The position numbers and the translations under genes were made by a program. The notes beneath the pieces were generated by a model. The model was not told where the DNA came from. It did no database searches and saw only the letters and a list, made by a program, of their open reading frames with translations. Below are positions 9,722 through 17,514 of a stretch of 64,000 nucleotides of DNA, one piece after another (the first letter of the stretch is position 1; each line of letters starts with the position of its first letter). The DNA comes from a virus (Duplodnaviria; Caudoviricetes), in IMG/VR virus record IMGVR_UViG_3300030433_002104, positions 32,001-96,000 of that record; one strand, 5' to 3'.

Positions 9722-10352
9722 CTCTACTAGACTACCAAATAAAAACATCATAGAGTTTGCAGACGGAAAGTCTTTGTTAGACATTAGCGTTGAGAACTTT
9801 AAAAAACATAACCATGAAGTATTTTTAGCGTGTGAGGATAGAGGAGAGACATATGATCTCCTTAAAAAGTATGATGCACAGCATATACCACTCAGCGACA
9901 CATCGAATCAGTGGCTAAACGTTTTAATTGAGCTCTCAGAAAGTTTGAATAAAAAGTTTTCGCCAAAAGAAGCAGTTTGTTTCTGGCAATGCATAATGCC
10001 ATTGTTTTGGCTGTATAATGATATAGAAGTTTTTTTTGACTTTGCAAAGGAAAATATAGGTAAATACGAGTCGGTAATCCCCGTCTATGAGTTTAAAGAC
10101 TATCTTGTAGATGAAAACTTGCAAGGCTTAAATTTTGGCCCCGGAAGCTGGCATGTGCCTTCTCAAAACTTACCAAAGATTTATTATATAACACCAATGT
10201 GCGTGACGACACCAAGCGTGTTACACAAATATAGATATACATACTCACCAAACTCTGTATTGTGGACGGCAAAAGGGCCGTATATTGATATAGACACGCA
10301 GGAAGAATTTAATATAGCCAAACTAATATGGAACGATCATCAACAAAGGTAA
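9690..10352 (+). CDS. CMP-nonulosonate/CMP-Kdo synthetase-like cytidylyltransferase
   Basis: IVIPFKFDSTRLPNKNI...GKSLL N-terminal signature, SQNLP, DIDTQEEF. Confidence 0.8.
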   Translation: MMKIVIPFKFDSTRLPNKNIIEFADGKSLLDISVENFKKHNHEVFLACEDRGETYDLLKKYDAQHIPLSDTSNQWLNVLIELSESLNKKFSPKEAVCFWQCIMPLFWLYNDIEVFFDFAKENIGKYESVIPVYEFKDYLVDENLQGLNFGPGSWHVPSQNLPKIYYITPMCVTTPSVLHKYRYTYSPNSVLWTAKGPYIDIDTQEEFNIAKLIWNDHQQR

Positions 10353-10393
10353 ATTATAGTTATAAAAGACTTAATAGTTCAGGAGAATCATTA

Positions 10394-11425
10394 ATGACTA
10401 AGAATTATATTAGTGAAATAGACAAAGTTTATTATGAAAATACATATGGAACTTCAGAAGAAATTACTGAAGATAACTTCCATATCCCCTCAGAAGAAGA
10501 CTATGTTTCTGCTGAAGAGGTGTACCACGAAGAGTCTGAAGTAGAAGAGTGGGATATTTCAGAAGCAAAGCCCGGCCTTTGGGAAAACATTCGCAAGAAG
10601 AAAGAAAGGGAAGGCAAAAACTATAAGCCAGCCAAGACAGAGAAAGAAGGCAGGCCGAGCCAAGAAGAACTTAAGAAAGCTCAATCTGACAAGCCCGGCC
10701 CAAAAGATCCTCGTAGAACTCCTGCGCCTAAAAAGGATCAAAAGAAAGGCTCAAAAAAGAATAAGCCTGACAGTGCCAAAAACCCCAGCGGAAAGATCAC
10801 GTTTAGCAAAGAGGTTACTGCTCAACTTTCTAAAAAGGTAAAGGAACACAACGCTAAAGGCAAAGGCTCAAAAGCTACGCTTGGTATGCTTAAAGCTGTG
10901 TACCGTAGAGGTGCTGGAGCTTACTCTACTAGTCACGCTCCAAAGATGAGTCGTCATGGGTGGGCTATTGCTAGAGTAAATGCGTTCTTGACACTACTAA
11001 GAACTGGTAAACCTTCTAACTCTGCTTATACCCAAGACAATGATCTCTTGCCAAAGGGTCATCCTAAAAAATCAAAAGCCGCCTATCAGTATGAAAACCC
11101 AAAAACTGGCGAGTTATTTAACTACTCCAGAAAAGGAATATACAAGAAAGATGGCGTAAACCTTGTTTACAAAGGTAAGGCCGCAGAATATCAAGGCAGA
11201 AAAGTTAAACTTGGCAAGCCATTCAGAACTCCTGATGGGCCAAAAAAGTTTTCTGTATATGTAAAGAACGATAAAGGAAATGTTGTTAAAGTTAACTTTG
11301 GAGATCCTAATATGGAAATCAAGAAGGATAATCCAAAACGTCGTAAAAGTTTTAGAGCAAGACACAAGTGTGATACTCCCGGCCCTCGCTGGAAGGCACG
11401 ATACTGGTCTTGCAGAAAATGGTAA
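10394..11425 (+). CDS. modular Lys/Arg-rich phage protein (acidic N-terminus plus several basic viral modules)
   Basis: AGGAG before ATG 10394; modules PGLWENIRKKK, AVYRRGAGAY...WAIARVNAFL, AEYQGRKV...FGDPNM...RRKSFRARHKC...ARYWSC resemble small basic domains of marine phages and large DNA viruses. Confidence 0.7.
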   Translation: MTKNYISEIDKVYYENTYGTSEEITEDNFHIPSEEDYVSAEEVYHEESEVEEWDISEAKPGLWENIRKKKEREGKNYKPAKTEKEGRPSQEELKKAQSDKPGPKDPRRTPAPKKDQKKGSKKNKPDSAKNPSGKITFSKEVTAQLSKKVKEHNAKGKGSKATLGMLKAVYRRGAGAYSTSHAPKMSRHGWAIARVNAFLTLLRTGKPSNSAYTQDNDLLPKGHPKKSKAAYQYENPKTGELFNYSRKGIYKKDGVNLVYKGKAAEYQGRKVKLGKPFRTPDGPKKFSVYVKNDKGNVVKVNFGDPNMEIKKDNPKRRKSFRARHKCDTPGPRWKARYWSCRKW

Positions 11426-11436
11426 GAGGTGCTACA

Positions 11437-11598
11437 ATGAAAACGTTACTTAGTTTTATTTTTGTTTTTGGTGTTATGATGACGCTTGGTTGTATGGACG
11501 GACAGCCCTTACCTTGCGAAATATGTGAAGGGGATTGCCCCTGCTCAGATGGAACTTGCATCTGTGATATTAATTGTACATGTCCAAATTGCGCCTAA
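11437..11598 (+). CDS. small Cys-rich lipoprotein (metallothionein-like tail)
   Basis: GAGG before ATG; MKT plus hydrophobic core plus TLGC lipobox; nine further Cys in CxxC/CxC motifs. Confidence 0.65.
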   Translation: MKTLLSFIFVFGVMMTLGCMDGQPLPCEICEGDCPCSDGTCICDINCTCPNCA

Positions 11599-11648
11599 TA
11601 CGTTGACCCTAATCAGGCAACAGCGCGCAGTATTATAGGAGTAATTTT

Positions 11649-12860
11649 ATGGACAGGCGAAGTTTTTTAGCTGGATTTTCTTCTCTTCCACTGGTAGACT
11701 TGTTAAGTGCTAATGCAGAAGAAATGCGGAAGAATAATAAATCCGCTATACTATTATGGATGGGTGGTGGCCCTTCGACTATGGATCTTTGGGACTTAAA
11801 GCCGGAAGCGCCTACAGGCGGGCCATTTAGACAAATATCCACAACTGGAGACGTGCAGATATGCGAACACTTGCCTTTAATGGCAAAGCAAATGCACAAT
11901 ATGGCAATCATCCGATCCATGAGTACCCGTGAAGCTGACCACATGCGTGGGCGGTATTACATGCACACTGGCTATGTTCCCAACCCCAGTATTGAGCACC
12001 CTAGCTATGGTGCTGTATTATCGCATCAGCTACACAGAAATAATCTAGATATTCCGCAATTCGTCTCAGTCGGAGGAGGAAGTATTGGCGGAGGGTTTTT
12101 AGGTATGAACTATTCACCATTCGTTGTTAACAGCGATGGCAGAGTTCGCAACCTAGACATAAAACCTGACGCAAGATTCCTGCAAAGAGCTTATGCATTA
12201 GATGTCATCGAAAATGGTTTTATTAACCAGAAGAGAGGCTCTATGGCTAAAGATCACAGAGATGTTTTGAGACAGGCATTTAGCTTGCTAACCAGCGAAC
12301 AAATGGAAGCGTTCAAGGTTGCAGGTGAGCCTGATGCGGTTAAAGATAGATATGGAGACAACAACTTCGGCAAGTCATGCCTAATGGCTAGAAGGCTTGT
12401 CGAGGTTGGAGTCCCTTTTATAGAAGTAAACTTGGGAGGCTGGGACAATCACCAGAACATATTCCCAACATTAAGAGACAATAAATTGCCCATGCTGGAT
12501 CAAGGCATGAGCGCACTAATCGAGGATTTAGAACAAAGAGGGCTTCTGGAGGATACAGCTATAATCTGGATGGGCGAATTTAGTCGCACGCCTCGTATCA
12601 ACCAAAATGCTGGCCGTGACCATTGGGCACGAAGCTGGAGTGTTGTCGTTGGAGGAGCTGGTATGAACGGTGGCATTGCCATCGGTGAAACTAACTCAGA
12701 CGGCACACGGGTTGAGACAGAACCATACAGCTCACAAGATGTTATGGCTTCTGTATGTAAAGCTCTTGGTATATCCTTGACAACTACATTCACGAGTAAG
12801 AACGGCAGACCTATGAAGATAGCTAATTCAGGAAAAGTAATTACTGATCTATTTTCTTAA
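11649..12860 (+). CDS. DUF1501 family protein with Tat signal (second paralog)
   Basis: AGGAG SD; DRRSFLAG, WMGGGPSTMDLWDLKP, CLMARRLVEVGV, GGWDNH, GEFSRTP, GRDHW. Confidence 0.9.
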   Translation: MDRRSFLAGFSSLPLVDLLSANAEEMRKNNKSAILLWMGGGPSTMDLWDLKPEAPTGGPFRQISTTGDVQICEHLPLMAKQMHNMAIIRSMSTREADHMRGRYYMHTGYVPNPSIEHPSYGAVLSHQLHRNNLDIPQFVSVGGGSIGGGFLGMNYSPFVVNSDGRVRNLDIKPDARFLQRAYALDVIENGFINQKRGSMAKDHRDVLRQAFSLLTSEQMEAFKVAGEPDAVKDRYGDNNFGKSCLMARRLVEVGVPFIEVNLGGWDNHQNIFPTLRDNKLPMLDQGMSALIEDLEQRGLLEDTAIIWMGEFSRTPRINQNAGRDHWARSWSVVVGGAGMNGGIAIGETNSDGTRVETEPYSSQDVMASVCKALGISLTTTFTSKNGRPMKIANSGKVITDLFS

Positions 12861-12869
12861 GGTGTAAAA

Positions 12870-13184
12870 ATGAATTTCTTCAAGAACGCTGTTTATGTAC
12901 TCGTATTTATTAATTTAGTAAGTTTAGGTTTTAATGGCTGGATGTACAAGGAGCTACATGAGCCTGATATTATTATGGCCTCAGACCCTGCGCTCCGCAC
13001 TCTAATCGAAGAATGTAGAGCTAGAGATACCCACATATTAAAGGCCATACTTCTAACTCATCATCGCCTTGGTATTCATCCGCCAATGCAACAAGATATG
13101 TGCCCAGCATGTGAGGAAATGAAGGGTAATGTTGCAGAGGACAATACCAAAACTATTAAAACTATAAAATATCTTGAAAACTAG
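12870..13184 (+). CDS. membrane-anchored hypothetical protein with His/Cys cluster
   Basis: N-terminal hydrophobic helix; THHRLGIH...CPAC. Confidence 0.6.
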   Translation: MNFFKNAVYVLVFINLVSLGFNGWMYKELHEPDIIMASDPALRTLIEECRARDTHILKAILLTHHRLGIHPPMQQDMCPACEEMKGNVAEDNTKTIKTIKYLEN

Positions 13185-13189
13185 TGTTT

Positions 13190-13240
13190 TATACGCTTGA
13201 TTTGACTATAATATAATAACGGGATAATTACCCGTACTAA
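13190..13240 (+). promoter_or_regulatory. putative promoter plus palindromic operator upstream of the dnaE block
   Basis: AT-rich intergenic gap with TTGA...CTATAATATAAT, followed by the inverted repeat ACGGG-ATAATTA-CCCGT (13219-13235). Confidence 0.5.
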
Positions 13241-13268
13241 TATTGAAACTTGTATTGAAGGATTAATT

Positions 13269-14900
13269 ATGGACTGGGCTCCACTGTGCAACTATACGCA
13301 CTACAGTTTACTAAAAGGATACTCAAAGCCAGCACAGCTGGCGGCTAAGTGTAAAGAAAACGGTTACAAGTTCTGCGGCATTGCTGATTATAAGTCAGTT
13401 TCGGGGGCCGTGAACTTTGTTAAGTCTTGTAAAAAGCATGGCGTTAAACCTATCATTGGTTGTAGCTTTGACGGATTCACGCTTTTTGCTAAGAATATAG
13501 AGGGCTGGTTCGACCTCATCAAGCTAATCTCTAGCCTAGATGAGGAAGGCCAGTTATCTCAAAAATATCTTATCTCCATCTGCTCTAAAGGCAACTTAAT
13601 TTCTGTTGCAAAAGATGAGAAACTATCCCCAATTTCTGGCGACGACTTCTATAAAAAGACGGAATGGCTCAGAGACATCTATTACTGCGAAAAAAGTGAC
13701 GCAGAACTCCACAGAATTTTACTATGTTCTAGTATGAAAAAGACGCTGCCAAAAGTTTACTCAGCGCTAAAAAAACATGAAGAAATTGACAACAAAGAGT
13801 TCTTCATATCAAACGAATTTCATATGCCTAACAGAACAGAAATCTGCGAGCTAGTAGGTGAAGAGGGTGAACAGGCGGTAACTGAAATTTGTGAAAAATG
13901 TGAAGACTTCGACATCCTAAGAAAGCCATCTCTTCCTACATTTAAGACACCAACAGGAGAGTCTGAAGAAGAGTATCTAAAACAGCTATGTAGAGAAGGT
14001 TGGAGAGACCTATTAATAAATGCTGACAAAGTAAAGGACGAAGATAAAAAGCAACAATACCTAGAACGATTTAAGTCTGAATTTGACGTTATCAACGATG
14101 CTAATCTTTTCGGGTATTTCCTGATCGTCCGTGACATCATTAATTATGTAGAAAGCAAGGGATGGCTATCTGGGCCGGGGCGAGGTTCTGCGGCGGGCTG
14201 CTTAATCTCATACCTCATTGGTATCACTAAGATTGATCCTATTGAGTTTGATCTACTCTTTGAGAGATTTTATAATAGCGGAAGAAATACAGAAGACCAC
14301 GTTTCGTTGCCAGATATTGATATTGACGTGCCGGGCAAGAAACGCGATGAAATAATAACATACCTCAAAGACACATATGGTCATAACAGTGTTAGTCAGA
14401 TGCTTACATTCGGCAGACTTCAGGGTAGAAGTGCTATTAAAGAAGTGCTGAGAATGAATGAGGCTTGCTCATTTGGCGAGATGAACGAAATATCAAAAGT
14501 CATCCCAAACGAAGCAGATGTATCTGATCAGTTACAGGCTATGGATGAAGAAGATAGGTCTATTATAAAGTATGCACTTATTAATAATCATGAAGAACTC
14601 AGAGACTATTGTTTTGTAAATGACAATGGCGAACTTGAGGGTGATTATGCAAAATATTTTGAACAGGCGATAGAGATAGAGGGAACATTCAAGACTCAGG
14701 GAAAACACGCAGCGGGCGTTGTAATTTCTTCAGACAACCTGAATGAGTCATGCCCAATGGTTCCTCAAAGAAATAGTGATGAGAAAATTGTAGGTATTGA
14801 AATGACAGACTTAGAAGCATTAGGATATGTGAAGTTTGATGTTCTTGGTATCAACCTTTTAGACAAGATTATGAAAATAGAGGAATTTTTAGATGCATAG
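13269..14900 (+). CDS. dnaE: DNA polymerase III alpha, N-terminal part (degenerate PHP + palm/thumb)
   Basis: HYSLL, GPGRGSAAG, LLFERF, catalytic PDIDID, GKHAAGVV and KFDVLG; ends shortly after the third catalytic Asp. Confidence 0.92.
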   Translation: MDWAPLCNYTHYSLLKGYSKPAQLAAKCKENGYKFCGIADYKSVSGAVNFVKSCKKHGVKPIIGCSFDGFTLFAKNIEGWFDLIKLISSLDEEGQLSQKYLISICSKGNLISVAKDEKLSPISGDDFYKKTEWLRDIYYCEKSDAELHRILLCSSMKKTLPKVYSALKKHEEIDNKEFFISNEFHMPNRTEICELVGEEGEQAVTEICEKCEDFDILRKPSLPTFKTPTGESEEEYLKQLCREGWRDLLINADKVKDEDKKQQYLERFKSEFDVINDANLFGYFLIVRDIINYVESKGWLSGPGRGSAAGCLISYLIGITKIDPIEFDLLFERFYNSGRNTEDHVSLPDIDIDVPGKKRDEIITYLKDTYGHNSVSQMLTFGRLQGRSAIKEVLRMNEACSFGEMNEISKVIPNEADVSDQLQAMDEEDRSIIKYALINNHEELRDYCFVNDNGELEGDYAKYFEQAIEIEGTFKTQGKHAAGVVISSDNLNESCPMVPQRNSDEKIVGIEMTDLEALGYVKFDVLGINLLDKIMKIEEFLDA

Positions 14901-15567
14901 AGATTATATTGTATTCGACTTTGAAACTGGTTCTAGAAACCCAAGAAAAACACAGCCAACACAGATTGCGGCTTTGGCTCTAGATGGTAGAAACTTCAAA
15001 CTAAAGGGAACCTTTAATAGTGAAATCCGTCCAATCTTGGATGATGAAAAGGCTATCGAGATGGGCTTTGACCCACTAGAGGATGAGGCACTTCGCATCA
15101 CAGGTAAGAACAGGGATGATCTGGCTAAAGCACCTATGCCAAAGACGGTATGGAAGAAGTTCTGTAACTTTGTTAATCAATACAATTGGAAGGGCACACA
15201 GTTTTTTGCTCCTATCCCAGCAGGCTTTAATATTATTGGCTTTGATATGATTATCATCGACCGTCTATGTAAGGCATACGGCCCATACGACAAAGAGCGA
15301 GAGCAGCAAAAGCTCTTTAATAAAATATATAAAGTAGACATGATGGATAATATGTTTATGTGGACTGAAGGAGATCCAGCTGTGAAGTCTATTAGTATGG
15401 ATTCACTTAGGGATAGAATGGGGCTGAGCAAAGAAAATGCCCACGATGCCCTGCAGGACGTAAAGGATACAGCGAACATAATGATTAAATTTATGAAAAC
15501 ACATAGATCTGTATACAGAAACTTAACTATTGATAAAGCATTTGCGGACGGCGAACTATATGTCTAG
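14893..15567 (+). CDS. dnaQ: DEDDh 3'-5' exonuclease (DnaQ/epsilon-like)
   Basis: ExoI VFDFETG, ExoII GFNIIGFD, ExoIII HDALQD. Confidence 0.88.
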   Translation: MHRDYIVFDFETGSRNPRKTQPTQIAALALDGRNFKLKGTFNSEIRPILDDEKAIEMGFDPLEDEALRITGKNRDDLAKAPMPKTVWKKFCNFVNQYNWKGTQFFAPIPAGFNIIGFDMIIIDRLCKAYGPYDKEREQQKLFNKIYKVDMMDNMFMWTEGDPAVKSISMDSLRDRMGLSKENAHDALQDVKDTANIMIKFMKTHRSVYRNLTIDKAFADGELYV

Positions 15568-17131
15568 AGAGATTGATTATAACTGCGATAAAACTTGGGA
15601 TCTTTTCCACGAAGGCAAGACCAAAGGCGTGTTCCAGTTAGAAAGTAACTTGGGTAAATCTTGGTCTAAGAAATTAAAACCAAGTAATATGGAAGAGCTA
15701 TCAGCTCTAATTGCACTAATTAGGCCGGGATGTCTAAAAGCCATCTCTGATGGCAAGTCAATGACCCAGAGATACATTGATAGAAAACATGGCTTAGAAG
15801 ATGTAGAATATCTACATGAATCTTTGGAAGAAATACTAAAACCAACGTATGGGGTTCTAGTTTACCAAGAGCAATCTATGAGAATTGCACAAAAACTAGC
15901 AGGGTTTAATCTCCAAGAAGCCGACGTTTTAAGAAAAGCGATTGGTAAGAAGAAGGCAGACCTGATGGCCGAGGTGAAGAAAGACTTTATCAAAGGTTGC
16001 AAGAAAGAAAAGATTGTATCAGAAGAAATAGCAGAAGAGATATTCGGATGGATTGAAAAGTCATCTAGGTATTCTTTTAATAAGTCTCATGCAGTTGCTT
16101 ACGGTATGTGTTCTTACTGGAGTGCATACCATAAAGTACATAATACTGAAGAGTTCTTTCTAGCCTATTTATACCACTCAAACGAAAAGCAGGACGCTCA
16201 CGAAGAAGTATATGAGCTTGTAACAGACGCAAAGCTTTTCGATATAGAAGTAAAGACTCCTAACATCACCAACTTCTCAGAAAAGTTCAGCATGGAAAAG
16301 GGCAAGATATACTTTGGTGTTAAGGATATAAAGTCTTTGACCGGCAAGACTGGAGATAAGGTTGTGGCTGGAATAGCTGAACTAAAAGATGAGCTAGGTA
16401 AATCCACCAAGAGTTTTAGTTGGTTAGAAGTATTACTATTTCTAAGTACAAAAATAAACTCTACAGCTTTTAAGGCTTTGGCGTCAGTTGGTTTCTTCAG
16501 GGGTTTCAAAGATAGAATCTCTAGGAATAGGGCGCTGTATGAATATGAAATCTTTCGTGGATTAACAAAGGCTGAGCAGACATGGGTCAGAGAAAATTAC
16601 AAGTCAAAGAGATGGCCCGACCTAGCTAGCTGCTTGCAAGACCTTGCCCCCACAAAGAAAGAAGGTGGCGGAACTAGCAAAGTAGAGAGGAGTCAATATG
16701 TACAAAACGAGATCCACTTTCTGCAAAACCCTCCTTATGACTTGTCGGACGACCCATCTTGGGTGGTAGATCAGGAAGTTAAATTCTTAGGCTGTCCAGT
16801 GTCAATGGCAAAGATAGAGGCATCAGATACATCTGCCGCAAATACTAGTTGTAAAGAAATAGTAGACGGCAAAAAGGGTAAAAACCTACTAGTCGCTGGC
16901 AATATTAAAAGAGTAGCTGACTACAGGATTAGCAAGGGCAAATCCAAGGGGAAATACATGAGCTTCTTGACAATAGAAGATGAAAGCTGTTTACTAGACA
17001 GTGTAATAGTTTTCCCAGAATGTAGAGATAAATATCAATACCTACTGTACGAAGGTAACAACCTACTGTTTGGCGGATCGGTCTCTAAACAGGACGATAG
17101 TTTTGTAGTAAATAATATTTTTGAAATTTAA
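15560..17131 (+). CDS. dnaE: DNA polymerase III alpha, C-terminal part (fingers, HhH, OB fold)
   Basis: GVFQLES, ALIRPG, TYGVLVYQEQ, ADVLRKAIGKK, YSFNKSHAVAY, OB fold KSKGKYMSFLTIED; ATG 15560 overlaps the exonuclease stop (ORF track start 15530). Confidence 0.92.
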   Translation: MSREIDYNCDKTWDLFHEGKTKGVFQLESNLGKSWSKKLKPSNMEELSALIALIRPGCLKAISDGKSMTQRYIDRKHGLEDVEYLHESLEEILKPTYGVLVYQEQSMRIAQKLAGFNLQEADVLRKAIGKKKADLMAEVKKDFIKGCKKEKIVSEEIAEEIFGWIEKSSRYSFNKSHAVAYGMCSYWSAYHKVHNTEEFFLAYLYHSNEKQDAHEEVYELVTDAKLFDIEVKTPNITNFSEKFSMEKGKIYFGVKDIKSLTGKTGDKVVAGIAELKDELGKSTKSFSWLEVLLFLSTKINSTAFKALASVGFFRGFKDRISRNRALYEYEIFRGLTKAEQTWVRENYKSKRWPDLASCLQDLAPTKKEGGGTSKVERSQYVQNEIHFLQNPPYDLSDDPSWVVDQEVKFLGCPVSMAKIEASDTSAANTSCKEIVDGKKGKNLLVAGNIKRVADYRISKGKSKGKYMSFLTIEDESCLLDSVIVFPECRDKYQYLLYEGNNLLFGGSVSKQDDSFVVNNIFEI

Positions 17132-17139
17132 TGTGCTTT

Positions 17140-17185
17140 AGGTATTAGTTCTTGCTAATATAATAAGGTACGGGGATATAAACGG
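17140..17185 (+). promoter_or_regulatory. putative promoter upstream of ssb and the glycan cluster
   Basis: Intergenic gap containing CTAATATAATAA...CGGGGATA, similar to the 13205-13227 sequence. Confidence 0.4.
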
Positions 17186-17196
17186 AAAGTAATAAT

Positions 17197-17514
17197 ATGA
17201 ATTTTTGTTCTTTTACTGGGTTCTTAGTTGATGACCCAAAGTTGGAAGATGATAATAACGTGAGTCTACTAAGGTTCACCATCGTGTGCTATACGTATAG
17301 AAAGACGAAAAGCACTGGAGAAAAAAGCAGGATTCCAACATTCATGAGCTGCGAGGCTTGGCATACTGGCGCTGAGACAATAGCTAAGTTCGCAAAAAAA
17401 GGTACTAAGATACACATCCATGCCTCGGCTAGGAATCCAGCCAAAGGTAAATCTGGGATAGTATTCAGAGTTAATGAGTTTGACATTATAAACCAAGAGG
17501 CATCAGATGCGTAA
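17197..17514 (+). CDS. ssb: single-stranded DNA-binding protein (OB fold, no long tail)
   Basis: MN...TGFLVDDPKL, CEAW...AETIAKFAKKG SSB signature. Confidence 0.78.
   Translation: MNFCSFTGFLVDDPKLEDDNNVSLLRFTIVCYTYRKTKSTGEKSRIPTFMSCEAWHTGAETIAKFAKKGTKIHIHASARNPAKGKSGIVFRVNEFDIINQEASDA

Noticed and set aside
11437-13184. Spanin pair (lipoprotein plus membrane protein)
   Set aside because: The genes are neither nested nor adjacent, the order is reversed, the lipoprotein is Cys-rich rather than Pro-rich, and no endolysin or holin is nearby.
14880-14900. Programmed frameshift fusing DnaE-N to the exonuclease at GAATTTTTAG
   Set aside because: The exonuclease is in the +1 frame, which has a TAG immediately before its ATG, and the T run is not a canonical slippery heptamer.
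14800-15600. Split intein or self-splicing intron interrupting dnaE
   Set aside because: No Cys/Ser-initiated intein N-block or His-Asn C-terminus, and no non-coding space for intron structure; the insert is entirely a DEDDh exonuclease ORF.
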